This document shows positions 12,658 through 27,374 of a DNA stretch of 64,000 nucleotides, piece after piece (the first letter of the stretch is position 1; every line of letters starts with the position of its first letter). The translations under genes were made by a program, and so were the position numbers. Below the pieces are notes generated by a model. It was not told the origin of the DNA. It worked only from the letters and a program-made list of their open reading frames with translations, and ran no database searches. Origin of the DNA: Eledone cirrhosa (lineage: Eukaryota); assembly GCA_964016885.1 (NCBI GenBank), contig OZ024743.1, positions 93,372,001 through 93,436,000 on the forward strand, written 5' to 3'.

Positions 12658-15618
12658 AATATTGTGTACAGTGCCCAGGTGCACCACAACTCATCAAATA
12701 GTGCATGTACAGTACATAGGGCAATGCACAAACATCAGGAAAATGAACAGTGCACGAGTTATGATACACACATGTGTGCTTGTGTATGGAAGGGGTACAT
12801 CAGGTGTAGTTTTGGCATATTTCGGGAAGCATGAGTGTCTTAAAGGATGCAGTGTCCCGGCAGCTAACAACTGACGCAGGTAGTTTGTTCCATACTTCAG
12901 CAACTCTGAGCGTGAAAAAATGTCTACGAAAGTCATGGGAGCTGTGCTGTTTTCTGATTTTGTAGGCATGTCCACGTGTGTTAGACACATGGAGATCAAA
13001 AAGGTGCTCAGGGTTGCAATTGGCGAGATGGTTAATAACTTTGTGGGTATTCACCAAGTCCATTGCCAGACGTCGGAGCTTCAATGAATCCATGCCCAGG
13101 GAAGCAAGGCGTTCAGAGTATGGTAGGTGTCTGATGGAGGGTATGCGCTTGGTTGCACGTCTCTGAACAGTTTCCAGGAGGTCAATATTCTGAGCAAGAT
13201 AGGGGTTCCAGACTGATGATGCGAATTCCAAGTGTGGTCGGACCATAGCTGTATACAGTTTTAAATAGATGGCTGGAGAGCGGCTAACAAAGGTCTTGCT
13301 GAGTGATGCCAAGACACCCTCGGCCTTCTTGACAATCTTAGAGACAAGCTTTGTCCAACGCAAATGGCTGCTGACAGTAATGTCCAGGTCACGTTCACAA
13401 GAGGACTTCTTGATATCAGTGTTGTGGCGGGAGTATGTGGACGCTGGATTTTTCCCTCCCAAAATGCATGGTGGTTGGTACACTTGTCCACAGCCAGCTT
13501 CAGTTGCCAGTCTGTGATCCATTGCTGCATTGTGTCCAGGTCTGATTGTAGGAAAGAGTTGTAGATTTCAGGATCAGTCCTTTTCATTTCAAGGTACAGC
13601 TTGATGTCATCTGCATATTTCAGTACCGTGGCATTCTGTAAGTTGGCATCTATGTCATTAATATATGCCACAAACAAAAGGGGACCAAGAACAGATTCCT
13701 GTGGTACACCAGATGACATCTCATATGGTGAAGAATGCTGTCCTAGAACCGTGACTACTTTTTTCGGCTGAGAATGAAGGATTTCAACCAGTTAAAAAGA
13801 TCATCCCTCACACCCATTGCAGAGAGTTTTGCCATAAGTCTTTTGTGTGGCACAGAATTAAAAGCCTTAGCAAAGTCAAGGTAAACAACATCCACCCATG
13901 AGCCGCTGTCAGTGATCCGGGTGATGTCTTCAAGGAACTCGATAAGCTTATCACAGCAGCTGGAGTTAGGTATAAATCCAAACTGTGAGGGCCGGATGAG
14001 GTTGTGAGAGCTCCAGAAGTTCCAAAGTGTTTCTGTGACACAGGATTCCATCAGTTTGGCCATACAGCTAGTAAGACTGACTGGACGATAGTTGACAGGT
14101 GACATGCGGTTGCCCTTTTTGAACAGGGAAATGACACTGGCAGTTTTCCACTGCTCCGGAGTAGCACCATTGTTGAGACAGTATTGAAATAAGAAAGAAA
14201 GCTGGCGCAAAAGGAAATACCCGCCACGTTTGAGAAGCAGGTATGTAACACCATCAAGACCAAGGGAGGCATAGTTGCGCTTATTCTTAAGGTGACGTCG
14301 CAACATTGCAGGGGTAAATTCCATAGTTGTTATGGAATTTGATGTTAGAGATGGTGGAGATGGTACATTCTGGTTTTCAACAGTAAAAATACTTGCATAG
14401 CACTCAGCAATGAGTTTTGCGCATTCTTTGGGATTGTCAGTGATCTGGCTTGTGTGGGGATTGCGAAGAGGACCAACTGGAGAGTGAGGTCTCTGCTTTG
14501 AATGAACATATTTCCAGAACACCTTACTGTCAGGATTGGTTGCTATGCACTGTTCAAATTCAAGCACTGCCTTCTTTGTCACTTGCTTGAGATGGTTAGA
14601 AGATTTATTCCACTTTTTTCTGTTGGCATCTGATTTATGCAGTTTATATTCCCGTTCAGCGTTCCGACGTTCTTTCCTGGCAAATCGGATTGCTGAAGTT
14701 TCCCAAATTGCACTTTTGGGGTGGGTTTTTTCTGCTTATGTGGCACTGATGCTGCACACGCTATCCATATTGAGTCCAGGATGCTCTGGAGTGTAGTGTT
14801 CACATCTCCAGAGTTATACAACTCATGCCAGTTTGGGTGTTGTAGCTCAGTGCAGTACAAGTTCCAATCTGCCTTCTTCCAATCAAAGCAAGCAGATTGG
14901 AGATGGTTCTGGTTTTTGTTGCTGCCCACAAGAGCCAGATTGGCAATGATCATAGCATGATCAGAGTCGCCTAGAGGTTCCTCAGTAGTACAACTGATAA
15001 CCACTTCAGGAGTAGTGGTGAAGATCAGGTCCAAAGTGTTGTCACCTCTTGTTAGAGAGGTGACTACTTGTGACCAGTTTGAGTCCAGCACTAGTTCAAG
15101 GAAATCGTTTGCACTTTGTAGCCAACAAAAGGTTTCCCAATCGATCTCAGGATGATTGAAGTCACCTGCAATAAACACATAAGTGGCTGTTTACTTGGCA
15201 GCAACTCTGAGGATATCGCAAAGCTGTGTGTCCTGATGGTAGTTTGGGGGGCGATAAACAACACCAAGCAGAAGTGTTGACATGGTCATACGTATGTCAC
15301 AGAAAAAAACTTCTTCCTGTGATTCGTTCAAATCAACGCAAGGAATTACCGAAAAGTTTGAACGAACGTAGACCATCACACCACCACCACGGCGATTAAT
15401 GCGGTCCTTGCGGAAAATGTTGTACCCAGTAATGCTGAAAACCCCATCACAGAGTAAGGAATGTGTCCATGTTTCTGTGACTGTGATGAAGTCAGGGTGG
15501 ATGCTTCTGACGTAGGAGTCAAACAGATGTATCGTGTTGCATAAACTGCGAGAATTTAAGGACAACAATTTGTACCCGGCTTGCAGTTTATGATGGTCTG
15601 TAGAGGGTGGCAGGTTGT
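12476..15618 (-). mobile_element. CR1-clade LINE ORF2 (APE endonuclease + RT), multiple frameshifts/stops, duplicated 3' end with (TTA)n tails
   Basis: VTETW, GGGVMVYV, GVVYRPP, GDFNHP, LGDSDH, NYRPVSLTS, YLDFAKAFNSVPH, SGVPQESVLGP, YADD, RPHLEFASSVWNP. Confidence 0.93.
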
Positions 15619-15746
15619 TATATATATATACATATATATATATATATAGTGAACTTTTTCAGTCCTAGCTGTTCCATCCACCGAATTATTATTTTTATAT
15701 GAGTTCCTAGTGTCCGCGCATCGCCTGGGGACTTAGCTGAGAATAG

Positions 15747-15828
15747 ACTCCCTGATGACGTAATGAATTCTCGGTGGTTACATTGCGTAACTATCTTTAT
15801 CCCATTACAGAAACTAATTAGTTGGAGT
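15747..15828 (+). ncRNA. Type I hammerhead ribozyme motif (family H1, variant)
   Basis: actcc-CTGATGA-cgtaatg...cattaca-GAAA-ctaattag-TT-ggagt. Confidence 0.8.
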
Positions 15829-16283
15829 GAAAATTTTAGTAAGTAAGTTAATTTTAATTTTAAAAATTTTCTTATTTTACGTCTTTCATATAATTGTTCT
15901 GCATCCCCCTGCATAGAACCACCTAGGTACTATGACATAACTTATGTATTTGCTAGCATTAGTGTACATCTGTACGCATATGTTGGTAAATATACTAATT
16001 CTCTATATTTATCTCCAAATTATTTATTTGTTGAGCAAACTTGCCAAATCCACTGCTAATTCATCGTAGTGGTAGTAGGCTCTTGTCATAATACCACCCC
16101 ACTCCTACTGACTAGCCTCAGTGTCACGTGATTGATTCTTTAGAATCTGCCACTTGACCAGAGACAGTGAACTTTTTCAGTGCTATGGAATTCAGTCCCC
16201 GCTAGCTGTTCCATCCACCGAATTATTATTTTTATATGAGTTCCTAGTGTCCGCGCATCGCCTGGGGACTTAGCTGAGAATAG

Positions 16284-16365
16284 ACTCCCTGATGACGTAA
16301 TGAATTCTCGATGGTTACATTGCGTAACTATCTTTATCCCATTACAGAAACTAATTAGTTGGAGT
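16284..16365 (+). ncRNA. Type I hammerhead ribozyme motif (family H1, variant)
   Basis: Same core and stems as 15747-15828. Confidence 0.8.
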
Positions 16366-16417
16366 GAAAATTTTAGTAAGTTAATTTTTAATTTTTAAAA
16401 TGTTCTTATTTTACGTC

Positions 16418-16472
<55 letters not shown>

Positions 16473-16483
16473 TAGATATATAC

Positions 16484-16544
<61 letters not shown>

Positions 16545-16547
16545 TAT

Positions 16548-16618
<71 letters not shown>

Positions 16619-16645
16619 TATACACATATATATATATATATATAG

Positions 16646-16737
<92 letters not shown>

Positions 16738-17636
16738 ACCACCCCCTCCCCTAGTCTATGATAGATTTGGCGGACTCCGCCCTTTATAGCAGTTGGCTTA
16801 GACCCCGGATACTTGCCCCCTTTTTCCGACCGCTCCCACTATTCTCTGTGCCCTCTATATTTCTTAGTGGCACTTATGCCTTATTTTTTCGTTTCAGTAT
16901 TTCTTGCTTCGCTTTTCTTCTGGGCGGGGTGGATTCTGAATTTATTTCTCCGTATTCTACCTTTATTTCGTACGAACTTTCATGTAGCTTGTTTTAGATC
17001 TTTTAGAGTTAGCATTAGTATATATTTTTCTCGGGACTCAGAATTATTATCTCGTACAAGTTCACTTTGCTGCACTGGGTCGTTGCTGGCCCGGGATGGA
17101 AACCTTTATTGTTTATTTCGTGGTAGTCTCTTTAGTATTTTGGCCCCTTTTGTTGACCCGTCACCGTATCATTTACGTACTTATACCTCTTAAAAGGGTC
17201 CTTGCCTATTCCGTCCCACCTAGTTCTTTTACTTATGTCGTTATTTATTTATTTATTTATTTATTTACTTCTTTCTTTCTTTCTTTATTTTATTCTAGCC
17301 TAACAATAGCCTGACACCTAGGTCGTAGAATTTAATTTACTTTACTTTTTTCTTTACACTTATTTGCTTTTCTTCACTCTCAGTATTTTTTCTTTCCTAT
17401 ATATTTCTACCCCCCATTGTTCTACCTACCGTTCCGACTTCCTCCCCCTCCCCCTCCCCTGTATCTTCTTTGACCTCATGCCCAGCTGTAGCTGGCACTA
17501 CCAACGCTTGATTGGGTCTACTCCACCCCCTCCCCTCTTTCTCCTACTGGCAGGTTTAGCCACCATCTCCCCTACTAATTTGCAACCACAGAATTACTAC
17601 TGATTTTTGACAATCACTTTGACCATATATGGAATT

Positions 17637-17730
17637 ACCCCTTGAGAAGATCTGCTATTTAAATACCAGGATAAATTTTCATTTAGTCCAGAATTAGCCG
17701 TCGAAACGGCTTGAGCTCAGCTGTCGGGGT
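17637..17730 (+). ncRNA. Type I hammerhead motif with U3-A8 covariant core, at the 3' end of a ~1 kb non-coding insert (16736-17742)
   Basis: acccc-TTGAGAA-gatctgcta...tagccgtc-GAAA-cggct tgagctc agctg-TC-ggggt. Confidence 0.65.
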
Positions 17731-18071
17731 CTTACTGGTTCCTATATATATATTTATATATACATATATATATTTATACATATATATATATATACATATA
17801 TATACATATATATATATGTATATATATATATACATATATATATATATGTATAAATATATATATATATGTATAAATATATACATATATATATATGTATAAA
17901 TATATACATATATATATGTATATATATATACATATATATATATGTATATATATATATACATATATATATGTATATATATATACATATATACATGTATATA
18001 TATATACATATATATGTATATATATACATATATATATGTATATATATATACATATATATCTATATATATAC

Positions 18072-18111
<40 letters not shown>

Positions 18112-18113
18112 TT

Positions 18114-19363
18114 GTGTCAGGTCACCACTTGGTGCTACTGGTAACATGTATCCCAGTACAACCTGTCTCATGGTCGGGTCGTTGGCGACTAAACTGGCAA
18201 CCCCACCAAGGTTTCTTGGTGAGGAGGGTGATTTTGGACATCCTGCAGGACTAAAAACAAAACCTGTCAAAGGGCTAAGGAGCTCTTAAGAGTCAATGGC
18301 CATCCAAAATCACCGGGAGAGATGACCCCTTAGCCTTTGTCAAGGCAGAATTCTAGGAGAAGGAAAACTCTGATATAACACCTGCAACCCTGATGGTATC
18401 CAATGATGTTGACTTGTTCTTCTTTTTGGTAAATATCATCTTGGTTAAGAGAGTGGGACTGGCTTTGTGCAGTGCCTTTGCTCACTATAAAAGCTTCACG
18501 GCACAGGCATTGCTTTATATCTGGAGATCTCTCTGCACTTGTCCTCACATGGTACCATGGGCCCAGCACTATGTGTCAATAATTGTCACAAGTGTAGTGT
18601 TTGTACCAGAGTTTTCAAGTCGCTGGCTGGACTAAAAAGTCACACTCGTTCAGCGCATCGGTAGGAGTTCTCCTACATGGATATAAAGTAGTGGCCGTAC
18701 TCGAAAACGAGTTGGTAGCCACCATGTATATATGTATGTATATATGTATATGTATGTCAGGTCACCAGTTGGTGCTAATGGTGACATGTATCCCAGTACA
18801 ACCTGTCCCATGGTCGGGTCGTTGGCGACTAAACTGGCAACCCCACCCAGGTTTCTTGGTGAGGAGGGTGACTTTGGACATCCTGCAGGACTAAAAACAA
18901 AACCTGTCAAAGGGCAAAGGAGCTCTTAAGAGTCAATGGCCATCCAAAATCACCGGGAGAGATGACCCCTTAGCCTTTGTCAAGGCAGAATTCTAGGAGA
19001 AGGAAAACTCTGATATAACACCTGCAACTCTGATGGTATCCAATGATGTTGACTTGTTCTTCTTTTTGGTAAATATCATCTTGGTTAAGAGAGTGGGACT
19101 GGCTTTGTGCAGTGCCTTTGCTCACTATAAAAGCTTCACGGCACAGGCATTGCTTTATATCTGGAGATCTCCCTGCACTTGTCGTCACATGGTACCATGG
19201 GCCCAGCACTAAGTGTCAATAATTGTCACAGGTGTAGTGTTTGTACCAGAGTTTTCAAGTCGCTGGCTGGACTAAAAAGTCACACTCGTTCAGCGCATCG
19301 GTAGGGGTTCTCCTACATGGATATAAAGTAGTGGCCGTACTCGAAAACGAGTTGGCAGCCACC
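18114..19363 (+). mobile_element. Two tandem copies (period 640 bp) of a bipartite non-autonomous RTE derivative
   Basis: 3' part encodes [22 protein letters not shown], matching the terminal C2H2 finger of the RTE at ~31310-31370; 5' part is non-coding and RTE-5'UTR-like. Confidence 0.7.
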
Positions 19364-19482
19364 ATATACATATATATATATATATACATATATATATACA
19401 CATATATATATATATATATATACATATATATGTATATATATATACATATATATATATATGTATATATATATACATATCTATA

Positions 19483-19532
<50 letters not shown>

Positions 19533-19559
19533 CATATATACATATATAAATATATATAC

Positions 19560-19649
<90 letters not shown>

Positions 19650-19714
19650 ATATATATGTATATATATATATATATATATGTATGTATATATATATACATA
19701 TATATGTATATATG

Positions 19715-19775
<61 letters not shown>

Positions 19776-20087
19776 GTATATATATATATATATGTATATT
19801 TCGAAACACACAGATACATGCGGACACACACATATATACATGAATGCATCCGCACCCAACTGTGAGTTAAGGGTGCCAACTTCACCGATGTTGCTCAATG
19901 AATGACTGGGACAGACCTATCCAGTTGAACTAGACTGAACCAGTATCAGAGTTAAAAATACATTATGAAGAGAGAAGAAACATTTAGATATAATTAGTAA
20001 TAAAATGTATCATACCTAAACTGCTTCTAAAATATATGTATATATATATATACATATATATGTATATATATATATATATATGTGTAT

Positions 20088-20120
<33 letters not shown>

Positions 20121-20122
20121 CA

Positions 20123-20188
<66 letters not shown>

Positions 20189-20829
20189 TTAAGATAAGCA
20201 GAACAAGTAAAATTCAACCAATTTTTCAAAATAAATTTAAAAATATAATATAAATATTTACCTCTTCTAATGGCCCTTACTGATCAGTTTCGCTTTGTAA
20301 AACCACAGAATCCAATGGATATCTGATGGAAAACCAAAGCTCATCAGAGAAGCATTTTCCTTTCCTAGGGCTAAACGACCCAGGAACGATAAAATACATA
20401 TCCTCCTGCCAGCTAATACAGGTCTGAAAGGTCGTAAAAGTGACCCGTATGTAAACCGGACCGAAGTAAAAGCGGGAAACCACAGACTTGCTGTCTATAA
20501 TTACTACTAAAAAAATAGCAGCTAAATAGAACAACAGATTTGTTCTCTACAAAACGGAGTATAATGAATGAAGTTGATATGTCCAAAAATACTAAGTACC
20601 TCTAGAAATACATAGGTTGTCTATGATTCAAGGTTGTTCAATGGTATTAATTTGATATACCAGAACTTTAATATTAAGATAAGCAGAACAAGTAAAATTC
20701 AACCAATTTTTCAAAATAAATTAAAAAATATAATATAAATATTTACCTCTTCTAATGGCCCTTACTGATCAGTTACGCTTTGTAAAACCCCAGAATCCAA
20801 TGGATATCTGATGGAAAACCAAAGCTCAT
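20189..20829 (-). mobile_element. Partial tandem (period 485 bp) hammerhead-containing repeat, family H2
   Basis: aagataagcagaacaag at 20191 and 20676; flanked by (TA)n. Confidence 0.85.
20269..20354 (-). ncRNA. Type I hammerhead ribozyme motif (family H2)
   Basis: Minus strand aatgctt-CTGATGA-gctttg...caaagc-GAAA-ctgatcag-TA-agggccatt; stem I imperfect; second copy at ~20754-20829 truncated and mutated. Confidence 0.72.
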
Positions 20830-20888
20830 AAATGTATATATATATATATACAGTTCTAGTCCTGTAGAATCTCATCTATATTAAAACT

Positions 20889-20990
<102 letters not shown>

Positions 20991-21003
20991 CATATATATA
21001 TAT

Positions 21004-21188
<185 letters not shown>

Positions 21189-23215
21189 TCATCATCATCA
21201 TCATCATCTTTTAACGTCCATGTTCCACGCTTGCATGGGTTTGGACGGGAGTTTTCCCACTTGAGGCAAGAGTGGTTGTCTTGCTCGCATAGGACTGTCT
21301 GGCGGGTTTTCTACGGCTGGATGCCCTTCCTAACACCAACCACATTTACAGTGTGCAACTGGGAGGTTTTTACCGTGTTACCTACACGGCCAAATTACAG
21401 CGTGGACTGTGTGTTTTTTTGTCGTGATACCTACACGACCTCATTTGTTTCGACCTGGATGTTGTGGTACCAACATAACTTTACATTGAAAGGGATGGTG
21501 TGGATGGGGTGGGGGTAGTGGGACGGGGATGTATTTTGTTAGAGGTGCCTACTGCCTGTAGTAGGTTTTACTTTGTATTTAGGTAAGGCGGGTCTTCTGT
21601 ATTACTGTGTAGCGCCAAAGATCTCGGTCCAGTGGAGAGGTGTAAGTGTGTGAGGTCGGAATTTATCAAGTCGTCCCAGGTTTTTCTGGGTCTGCCTACT
21701 CCGTGGCTACCGTCTATTTTTATTGCCCTGCACTTTTTTATACAGCTGTCGTCTTTCATGCGCATCACGTGACCATACCAATGTAGCCTTCTCTCGAGTA
21801 AACAACATCTGATCCCTCTTATTTCTAATTTTTCCCTTAGTTCGTTTATGCTTTGCCGTTCACGTATATTACTATTACACATCCAGCGGAGCATGCAAGC
21901 TTCGTTCCTCTCTAGTCTGCGTATATCCACTGCACACAATGCCCAGGTCTCACTGCCATGCAAAATTGTTGTTCGTATGCAGGCATCATACAGCCTGCCT
22001 TTCATTTTTAGGGAGAACTCTTTAGCGGCTAATAGTGGTATAAGCTCTCTGAACTTTTTCCATCCAGTTCTGACTCTAGCTACTGTACTTTCAGAGCACC
22101 CTCCCCCACTGCTGATTTTGTCACCCAGGTAACGGAAGCTGTCCACTATTTCTATAGAGCCATCTGTGCAATTGAAAGAGCTAGTATTCTGTGGGCACTT
22201 GCTGCTACTTATTGCACCAGAGCACCGGCCACATATAAAATCTCTGTTCTTAGTTAGCTTACCTGTGATCCCACTACATCTTTTATGCACCCATACTTTG
22301 AATTTGGGACATAAAATGGAGTTTCTACCTACTCCTTTCCTACACACTGAGCATGGCCAATTCCCGAATGGGACCGGTGCCCTATTTTCCTTCCTACAAA
22401 CTAGAACTTTAGTCTTAGACAGGTTAATTTTAAGGCCTTTTGATTCTAGGCCATGCTTCCATGCTTGGAATTTCTTCTCTAGTTCGGCGATTGATTCAGC
22501 TATGAGCGTTATATCATTTGCGTATAGGAGTTCCCATGGGCAGCCGGTATTGAACTCCTCTGTTATAGCCTGAAGGGCAATCATAAATAGTAGGGGGCTA
22601 AGAACGGAGCCCTGATGAACACCAACTTTTACGCTAAGCTCTTCACTATATTCGTTGTTAATTCTGACCTTGTTGACTGTTTCTTTATACATGGCTTGTA
22701 TAGCTCTCACAAGCCATTCATCAACACCTAGTTTTCTAAGAGCCCACCAGATAATGGAACGGGGGACTCTGTCGAAGGCTTTCTCCAAGTCAACAAAAGC
22801 TAAGTAGAGGGGTTTACTTTTAGCTAGGTACTTCTCCTGTAGTTGTCGTACAATGAAAAGAGCGTCTGTGGTACTTTTGCCTGACACAAACCCTAACTGC
22901 ATTTCATCTAGATCAATTCTCTCTCTGATTAGTTGCGCTATTACTTTTTCTGTGACCTTCATGACCTGGTCGATTAATTTAATGCCTCTATAGTTACTCC
23001 TCTCTAGGGTATCTCCTTTACCCTTGCAGCAGTTAATGATGATGCTGCTACGCCAGTCCTTCGGAACAACCCCATTCTGTATGACTTGGTTTACTAGCCG
23101 GGTGACCATGGTGTGTCCCACCGTTCCAGAAGCTTTCAGCATTTCAGCAACTATTTCCGAAGGCCCAGCCGCCTTACCCGTCTTCATATCTTTGATTGCC
23201 TTACTTATTATACTA

Positions 23216-23218
<3 letters not shown>
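21189..23218 (-). mobile_element. 5'-truncated RTE LINE (family A) with 539-aa RT ORF (catalytic YADD mutated to YAND)
   Basis: ORF 21568..23187: NYRGIKL, FVDLEKAFDRVP, GVHQGSVLSP; (GAT)n tail. Confidence 0.96.
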
Positions 23219-23293
<75 letters not shown>

Positions 23294-23671
23294 GAAGGTT
23301 TAGCAAATAAGAAAAAGTTCCAAAATAAATTTCAAAAATTTCACTGTACTCACTATGGTTACCTTTACCGAATCGGTTTCGAGTCTCAAAAATAAATGGA
23401 CAGTCCTTGCGGCCTTCCATTTTAAAGATAAACTCACTCGGAGAATATAAAATTCCCGAGTTCAAATTACGAACTGGCGCTATTCAAAATTGTTCCCGAG
23501 ATGAGAATGAATGATTTGGAAGCAATTCTGTCCAGTGCCGAGTGTAAAGATAGAAGCAGAGGCAGGGAGGTCAGTCTACTACCACTATAAATAACAGCAG
23601 TCAAAACGACCAAATTTTATCTCGACCAAGAGGAGGATAATAATGATAAAGTATATATCCCTACACGCAAA

Positions 23672-23907
<236 letters not shown>

Positions 23908-24110
23908 CGTAAAATAAGAAAATATTTTTTTAAAAATTTTTAAAAAATTTTTTACTTACTTACTTCTTTAGAATCGGACATTTGACTGGAAGCAGTGAGA
24001 ATTTCAGTACATAGAATCCAGTCCTCGCCTAGCTGTTCTTTCTACCGAATTATTATTTTTATATGAGCCGCTAGTGTCCGCGCATTGCCTGGAGGCTCAG
24101 CTGAGAATAG

Positions 24111-24192
24111 ACTCCCTGATGACGCAATGAATTCTCGACAGTTGGATTATGTAACTGTCTTTATCCCATTGCAGAAACTAATTAGTTGGAGT
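24111..24192 (+). ncRNA. Type I hammerhead ribozyme motif (family H1)
   Basis: actcc-CTGATGA...GAAA-ctaattag-TT-ggagt. Confidence 0.8.
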
Positions 24193-24663
24193 GAAAATTT
24201 AAGTAAGTAAGTAAAAAATTTTTTAAAAATTTTTTTAAAAATATTTTCTTATTTTACGTCTTTTATATTATTGTTCTGCACCCTCCTGCATTGAACCACC
24301 TAGGTACTATGACATAACCTGTGTATTTGCTGGCATGGACGTGCATCTGTGCGCCTATGTTAGTTGATATATTAAATTATCTATATTTATCTCCAAATCA
24401 CTGATTTGTCGAGCAAACCTGCCAAAACCACTTCAAAATTTTTTTTGGGGTGTTAGTAGGCGTCAGTCATGTTACCATCCCATTCCTTCTAACTAGCCTC
24501 TATGTCACGTGATTTATTCTTTAGAATCGGACATTTGACTGGAAGCAGTGAGAATTTCAGTACATAGAATCCAGTCCTCGCCTAGCTGTTCTTTCTACCG
24601 AATTATTATTTTTATATGAGCCGCTAGTGTCCGCGCATTGCCTGGAGGCTCAGCTGAGAATAG

Positions 24664-24745
24664 ACTCCCTGATGACGCAATGAATTCTCGACAGTTGGAT
24701 TATGTAACTGTCTTTATCCCATTGCAGAAACTAATTAGTTGGAGT
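24664..24745 (+). ncRNA. Type I hammerhead ribozyme motif (family H1)
   Basis: Same as 24111-24192. Confidence 0.8.
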
Positions 24746-24932
24746 GAAAATTTAAGTAAGTAAGTAAAAAATTTTTTAAAAATTTTTTTTTAAATATTTT
24801 CTTATTTTACGTCTTTTATATTATTGTTCTGCACCCTCCTGCATTGAACCACCTAGGTACTATGACATAACCTGTGTATTTGCTGGCATGGACGTGCATC
24901 TGTGCGCCTATGTTAGTTGATATATTAAATTA

Positions 24933-25412
<480 letters not shown>

Positions 25413-25433
25413 CATATATATATATATATACAC

Positions 25434-25470
<37 letters not shown>

Positions 25471-25501
25471 CATATATATATACATATATATATATATACA
25501 C

Positions 25502-25534
<33 letters not shown>

Positions 25535-25644
25535 CATATACATATATATGTATATATATATGTATATATATATATGTATATTTATATATATAAATGTATA
25601 TATATATATATATGAATGTATGTATATATGTATATATATGTATA

Positions 25645-25685
<41 letters not shown>

Positions 25686-25686
25686 G

Positions 25687-25783
<97 letters not shown>

Positions 25784-25867
25784 GTATATATATATATATG
25801 TATATATATATATGTATATGTATATATATATGTATATATATATGTATATATATGTATATATATATAT

Positions 25868-27135
25868 GGGGGGATCAAAAAGTTCGCGGAATTTTATCGT
25901 AGTAAGAAAAAAATAGGTTAAAACAATATTAAACATGTCAGAACATTGTCACTGGGTGTTTACCTTGCTATTAGTCACTTGTAGTCAGTTATGCGTGGAC
26001 TATTGTACAGTACTGACACTCTTTAAAAAACCTCTTTTTGGAACAATGGAAAATAGTTATTTTGAGATAAGATCGAATATCAAGTTTCTGGTGAAACTCA
26101 AATGGAAAGGGACACAGATTATGGAGGCTTTAGTTAAAGTTTACGGTACTACTGCTCCAAAGAAAACTGCTGTCTACAAGTGGATTCAGCGATTCAAACA
26201 AAGGAGAGACGACCTTGAAGACGACCATCTCAGTGAAAGACTAGGAACATAAAAAAATGACCAAACGTTGAGGCTGCTCAGACTTTTATTGAAGAAGATC
26301 GAAGAATAACAGTTAATCAGTTAGCTAAGTCCCTAGACATTTCATATGGTTCGGCAAATTCAATTCGGCACGATAATTTGGAACTAAGCAAGCTTTCATT
26401 GTGATGGGTCCCAAAAGCGTTGCGCCCTGATCAGCTGATTCTTCGAAGTGATCTTTGGCGATATTAAACAAAATTGAAGTTGATGAAGAGCATTTCCTGA
26501 CCAGAATCATCACCGGAGATGAAACCTGGATCTACCAGTATGATCCTGAATCCAAACAGCAGTCAAAACAGTGGCTTCCGCGTTGATCATCGGGGCCAAT
26601 CAAGTTCAAATCTCAAAAGTCGGATAAAAAAGTGATGGCCACCATTTTCTTGGATTCAGATGGGGTGATACTAATAGATTATCTTGAAGGTCAAAGAACT
26701 GTGACAGGAGCTTACTATGCAAATGTTTTAAGGAAACTGAAAGAGGCATTAGTCAAGAAACGAAAAGGGAAACTTCATGGTGGGATCTTGTTTGACCATG
26801 ACAATACACCAGCGCATTCGATGGGAAGTGTTTCCTCACCCGCCTTATAGTCCAGATTTAGCCCTATCAGACGTTTTTCTCTTTCCAAAACTCAAAGAAA
26901 TGCTAAAAGGAACCCGTTTTAGTGGTGTTGAAGAAGCTAAAAACACTGCCAACACATGGCTTCGAACAAGGCCTTCAACTTTCCTTAGAGACGGCTCTCG
27001 AAGCTGGAAGCATCGCCTTGTGAAGTGTATTGACCTGGATGGCAACTATGTAGAAAAATAAATTGAAGGTAAATCATATTTTTGGAAAAGAAGAATATTT
27101 TCTGAAAAATTGCGCGAACTTTCTGATCCCCCCTC

Positions 27136-27136
<1 letters not shown>
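25868..27136 (+). mobile_element. Mariner (DD34D) DNA transposon, full length, transposase pseudogene ~26046-27061
   Basis: TIRs ggggggatcaaaaagttcgcg / cgcgaactttctgatcccccc; WVPKAL, ITGDETW, HDN, PYSPDLALSD motifs; stops and frameshifts; in TA tract. Confidence 0.95.
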
Positions 27137-27172
<36 letters not shown>

Positions 27173-27227
27173 ATATATATATATACATGTATATATATAT
27201 GTATATATATATATGTATATATATAAA

Positions 27228-27374
<147 letters not shown>

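Larger units (their letters stand above)
15648..16422 (+). mobile_element. Partial tandem of hammerhead repeat family H1, period 537 bp
   Basis: HHR motifs at 15747-15828 and 16284-16365; flanked by (TA)n. Confidence 0.88.
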
